IMG/VR virus record: IMGVR_UViG_2529293246_000003
Coordinates: 1-21,873 of that record
Source: a virus
Lineage: Duplodnaviria; Heunggongvirae; Uroviricota; Caudoviricetes
Reading direction: 5' to 3' (one strand)
Length of the DNA: 21,873 nucleotides
The position numbers and the translations under genes were made by a program. Positions 17,510-21,873 of the stretch are shown here, one piece after another. The notes under the pieces were generated by a model. The model saw only the letters and a list, made by a program, of their open reading frames with translations. It had not been told where the DNA came from and did not search any database. Numbering within the stretch: position 1 is the stretch's first letter; each line of letters opens with the position of its first letter.

Positions 17510-18750
17510 TGTTCTTTTCGGGATTATTTCAACGAAAAAGTGACGCACCGGTGACCACGCCAGCAGAGCTGGCGGATGCTATCGGGTTGTCCTACGACAC
17601 CTATACCGGAAAGCAGATCAGCAGCCAGCGGGCCATGCGACTGACGGCGGTTTTTTCCTGTGTCAGGGTGCTGGCGGAGTCGGTCGGGATGTTGCCCTGC
17701 AACCTGTATCACCTGAACGGCAGCCTGAAGCAGAGAGCCACTGGCGAACGTCTGCATAAGCTGATCTCCACGCATCCCAATGGCTATATGACGCCGCAGG
17801 AGTTCTGGGAGCTGGTGGTCACCTGTCTGTGCCTGCGGGGAAACTTTTACGCCTACAAAGTGAAAGCATTTGGCGAAGTGGCTGAACTGCTGCCCGTCGA
17901 TCCCGGCTGTGTGGTACCGAAGCTTAACAGTAGCTGGGAGCCGGTCTATCAGGTCACATTCCCGGATGGCTCCACGGATGTACTGAGCCAGGAAGATATC
18001 TGGCATGTGCGCACGCTGACGCTGGACGGACTGGTGGGGCTGAATCCCATCGCCTATGCCCGCGAGGCAATATCGCTGGCGGCAGCGACCGAAGAGCACG
18101 GGGCCAGACTGTTCAGCAATGGCGCGGTGACGTCGGGTGTGTTGCGTACAGAGCAGACGCTGTCAGATCAGGCTTATGAGCGCCTGAAGAAAGATTTTGA
18201 GGAGCGTCACACCGGGCTTGGCAATGCTCACCGCCCGATGATCCTTGAGATGGGGCTGGACTGGAAGTCGATGGCGCTGAACGCCGAGGACAGCCAGTTC
18301 CTGGAAACCCGCAAGTTTCAGCTTGAAGAAATCTGTCGTCTGTTCCGGGTGCCATTGCACATGGTGCAGAACACCGATCGCGCCACCTTCAACAATATCG
18401 AAGAGCTGGGGCTGGGATTTATCAACTATTCACTGGTGCCGTATCTGACCCGCATTGAGCAGCGGATCAACACCGGACTGGTACGAAAAAGTAAGCAGGG
18501 CGTTTATTACGCCAAATTTAACGCCGGGGCGTTACTGCGCGGGGATATGAAGTCCCGTTTTGAAGCCTACGCCACCGGGATCAACTGGGGAATTTACTCT
18601 CCCAATGACTGCCGCGACCTGGAAGATATGAATCCGCGTCCCGGTGGTGATGTCTATCTCACACCGATGAACATGACCACGAAACCCTCCGATGGCAGTA
18701 AAGCCGGTAAGCAGAAGGATAACGCCAATGCAGACGAAACAACGTCTTGA
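17509..18750 (+). CDS. portal protein (HK97 family)
   Basis: 413-aa ORF with GTG start and GGCGGAGG Shine-Dalgarno; size, position and sequence character fit a portal protein. Confidence 0.9.
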   Translation: MFFSGLFQRKSDAPVTTPAELADAIGLSYDTYTGKQISSQRAMRLTAVFSCVRVLAESVGMLPCNLYHLNGSLKQRATGERLHKLISTHPNGYMTPQEFWELVVTCLCLRGNFYAYKVKAFGEVAELLPVDPGCVVPKLNSSWEPVYQVTFPDGSTDVLSQEDIWHVRTLTLDGLVGLNPIAYAREAISLAAATEEHGARLFSNGAVTSGVLRTEQTLSDQAYERLKKDFEERHTGLGNAHRPMILEMGLDWKSMALNAEDSQFLETRKFQLEEICRLFRVPLHMVQNTDRATFNNIEELGLGFINYSLVPYLTRIEQRINTGLVRKSKQGVYYAKFNAGALLRGDMKSRFEAYATGINWGIYSPNDCRDLEDMNPRPGGDVYLTPMNMTTKPSDGSKAGKQKDNANADETTS

Positions 18751-19378
18751 TGTACCGCTGAGTCTGAAATCTGTCAGTGACTCCGGTGAGTTTGAAGGGT
18801 ATGGCTCCGTCTTTGGTGTAAAGGACAGCCACGATGATGTGGTGATGTCCGGGGCATTTGCTGCTTCCCTGCGGGCGTGGAGTGACAGAAAAGCGTTACC
18901 TGCGCTGCTCTGGCAGCACCGCATGGATGAACCCATCGGTGTTTACACCGAAATGAAGGAAGACGATGTCGGGCTTTACGTCAGGGGACGGTTGCTTATT
19001 GATGATGATCCCCTCGCAAAACGCGCACATGCACACATGAAGGCCGGTTCGTTAACCGGCCTTTCTATTGGGTACGTCCTGAAAGACTGGGAATACGACC
19101 GGAGCAAAGAAGCCTTTCTGCTGAAAGAAATCGACCTCTGGGAAGTCAGCCTGGTGACGTTCCCGTCTAACGACGAGGCGCGGATCAGCGACGTCAAGAA
19201 CGCACTGGCCCGCGGGGAAATCCCCGAACAGAAAAAAATCGAAAGAGTCCTGCGTGATGTCGGACTCTCCCGTACCCAGGCCAAAGCATTCATGGCCGGG
19301 GGCTATGGCGCACTATCCCTGCGCGACGCTGAGGATGTGGGCTCTGCACTGAATGCACTGAAAAATCTGAACTTCTAA
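18728..19378 (+). CDS. prohead maturation protease (HK97 gp4-like)
   Basis: 217 aa from ATG 18728 (AAGGA Shine-Dalgarno), overlapping the portal 3' end; lies between the portal and capsid genes. Confidence 0.85.
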   Translation: MQTKQRLDVPLSLKSVSDSGEFEGYGSVFGVKDSHDDVVMSGAFAASLRAWSDRKALPALLWQHRMDEPIGVYTEMKEDDVGLYVRGRLLIDDDPLAKRAHAHMKAGSLTGLSIGYVLKDWEYDRSKEAFLLKEIDLWEVSLVTFPSNDEARISDVKNALARGEIPEQKKIERVLRDVGLSRTQAKAFMAGGYGALSLRDAEDVGSALNALKNLNF

Positions 19379-19392
19379 TCAGGAGAAATACG

Positions 19393-19905
19393 ATGGCGGT
19401 TGATATTAAAGATGTCGAACAGGTCGCGCAGGAGCTGCAGCAGAAGTTTGACGACTTCAAAGCAAAGAACGACAAGCGCGTGGATGCGATTGAGCAGGAA
19501 AAAGGCAAGCTTGCCGGGCAGGTGGAAACCCTGAACGGGAAACTCAGCGAGCTGGAAAATCTCAAAAGCGACCTTGAAAAAGAGCTGCTTGAGCTGAAAC
19601 GTCCGGCAGGTGGAGCGCAAAATAAACTGGCCACCGAGCATAAAGAGGCGTTTGTGGGCTTCCTGCGTAAAGGCCGTGAAGACGGTCTGCGCGATCTGGA
19701 GCGTAAGGCATTGCAGGTGGGTACCGATGAAGACGGTGGCTACGCCGTGCCGGAAGAACTGGATCGCAACATTCTTAACCTGCTGAAAGATGAAGTGGTG
19801 ATGCGTCAGGAAGCCACGGTGATCACCGTTGGCGGTTCCGACTACAAAAAACTGGTGAATCTGGGCGGTACGGCTTCCGGATGGGTGGGGGAAGCAATCC
19901 AGTAA
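19393..19905 (+). pseudogene. major capsid protein, N-terminal fragment only (delta-domain coiled coil plus start of the mature domain)
   Basis: 170-aa ORF; residues 1-70 are coiled-coil-like, as in an HK97-type delta domain; the ORF stops at 19905 and the downstream sequence is unrelated (inverted tail-fibre remnant), whereas HK97-fold capsid proteins are typically over 300 aa. Confidence 0.7.
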
Positions 19906-20237
19906 GCAAAAGGATTTATTCCTTGCTCAGTCACAGATGACATCAGGGAAAATTGCGATGGTGAAACAGGTAATGCTGCAAAACTAACCATTGTTGACAC
20001 ACCTGACCGTGCATTATCGTACGATGCAACAACACAATAATTGGTATTGCTGAAAGATATCGGCAGGGTGATATTTACAGGTGAGCCTAATGGCCCTGAT
20101 GCTGATATTCCCATTTGAATGATGGTTCCATCAGGCAATTTTCTCCAGCGATTAGAACTCGGATTTCTTTTCCAGGCTGACATATCCGGTATCTGATTTT
20201 CTCCTGTACCCACATCCCTTTTCGCCGCTTCTCCCAA
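19906..20237 (-). pseudogene. tail-fibre variable C-terminal segment remnant (Sv'/StfE-like), promoterless and abutting the crossover site
   Basis: Minus-strand ORF (19842-20237 in the track) begins inside the gix/pix-like site next to pin and reads away from it; its far end runs into the truncated capsid gene. Confidence 0.45.
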
Positions 20238-20254
20238 ACCAACCTTTTAGAAAA
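20229..20254. other. gix/pix/hix-like 26-bp invertase crossover site
   Basis: TTCTCCCAAACCAACCTTTTAGAAAA; imperfect dyad with the AAACC...TTTT core seen in gix/hix sites as I recall them; 55 bp upstream of the pin start. I found no second, inverted copy in the window. Confidence 0.55.
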
Positions 20255-20308
20255 TGCAGTTATTCGGCTCAGATGGCATGATCCCGGATTTTTACAGGGT
20301 TATTTCTC

Positions 20309-20863
20309 ATGCTTATTGGCTATGTACGTGTGTCAACAAATGACCAGAACACAGATCTACAACGTAATGCGCTGAACTGTGCAGGATGCGAGCTGATTTT
20401 TGAAGACAAGATAAGCGGTACAAAGTCCGAAAGGCCGGGACTGAAAAAACTGCTCAGGACATTATCGGCAGGTGACACTCTGGTTGTCTGGAAACTGGAT
20501 CGGCTGGGGCGCAGTATGCGGCATCTGGTCATTCTGGTTGAGGAGTTGCGCGAACGTGGCGTTAATTTTCGCAGCCTGACGGATGCTATTGATACCAGTA
20601 CCCCAATGGGGCGCTTTTTCTTTCATGTGATGGGGGCCCTGGCTGAAATGGAACGAGAACTGATTGTTGAACGAACAAAAGCTGGACTGGAAGCTGCTCG
20701 CGCACAGGGACGAATTGGTGGACGTCGTCCCAAACTTACACCAGAACAATGGGCGCAGGCCGGACGATTAATTGCAGCAGGAATTCCTCGCCAGAAGGTA
20801 GCGATCATCTATGATGTTGGTGTATCGACACTGTATAAGAAGTTTCCGGCCGGAGATAAATGA
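20309..20863 (+). CDS. pin: serine-recombinase DNA invertase (Pin/Gin/Hin family)
   Basis: 184-aa ORF, recognisably near-identical to E. coli e14 Pin (MLIGYVRVSTNDQNTDLQRNAL...); catalytic Ser in YVRVSTNDQ. Confidence 0.95.
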   Translation: MLIGYVRVSTNDQNTDLQRNALNCAGCELIFEDKISGTKSERPGLKKLLRTLSAGDTLVVWKLDRLGRSMRHLVILVEELRERGVNFRSLTDAIDTSTPMGRFFFHVMGALAEMERELIVERTKAGLEAARAQGRIGGRRPKLTPEQWAQAGRLIAAGIPRQKVAIIYDVGVSTLYKKFPAGDK

Positions 20864-20920
20864 AACCGTAGCACGTCGTATGCAAGATCGTGCTGCGGTT
20901 TATGCTTACCACTTGAAGAT

Positions 20921-21790
<870 letters not shown>

Positions 21791-21873
21791 CTAACCCTTT
21801 GAATTTACATAGCGCAAAAAGATACCTTTCCTCATAATGTGAGCTAATTTTATGTTTCGTTTGATGATCGGGT

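Noticed and set aside
17524-18099. 191-aa minus-strand ORF inside the portal gene
   Set aside because: Lies antisense within a strongly supported portal CDS, has an Arg/Gln-rich biased composition and no start signals; a shadow ORF.
19290-19634. 114-aa Ser-rich minus-strand ORF across the protease and capsid junction
   Set aside because: Low-complexity antisense translation of supported plus-strand genes.

Overview
This window is the interior of a lambdoid prophage (lambda/HK97-type mosaic, enterobacterial in character); all homology calls are from memory of the protein families, with no database search run. Left to right: Red recombination module on the minus strand (exo, bet, gam); an operator-rich early-left control region; an unassigned 303-aa gene sitting directly downstream of cI in the slot lambda uses for rexAB; LexA-like cI repressor and divergent cro; a YdaT-family (CII-like) gene; lambda-type replication genes (O with internal iterons, P, ren); an AT-rich nin-region moron hotspot (small membrane ORF, two lipoproteins, a Bro-N antirepressor and a membrane-anchored protein, the latter two bracketed by a ~115-bp direct repeat); ybcN/NinB-like, ninE, ybcO, rusA, ylcG-like and a positional Q antiterminator with a late terminator; lysis cassette (holin, R endolysin, overlapped Rz/Rz1); HK97-style HNH endonuclease, small and large terminase, portal and prohead protease. 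The major capsid gene stops after about 170 codons where it meets an inverted tail-fibre remnant, a gix/pix-like crossover site, a Pin-family invertase and a convergent GIY-YIG-like gene, so the element looks defective. I saw no rRNA, tRNA, CRISPR array or IS element. The best candidates for undescribed biology are the 303-aa lysogeny-operon gene, the GIY-YIG gene beside pin, the lipoprotein moron and the repeat-flanked antirepressor/membrane-protein cassette.
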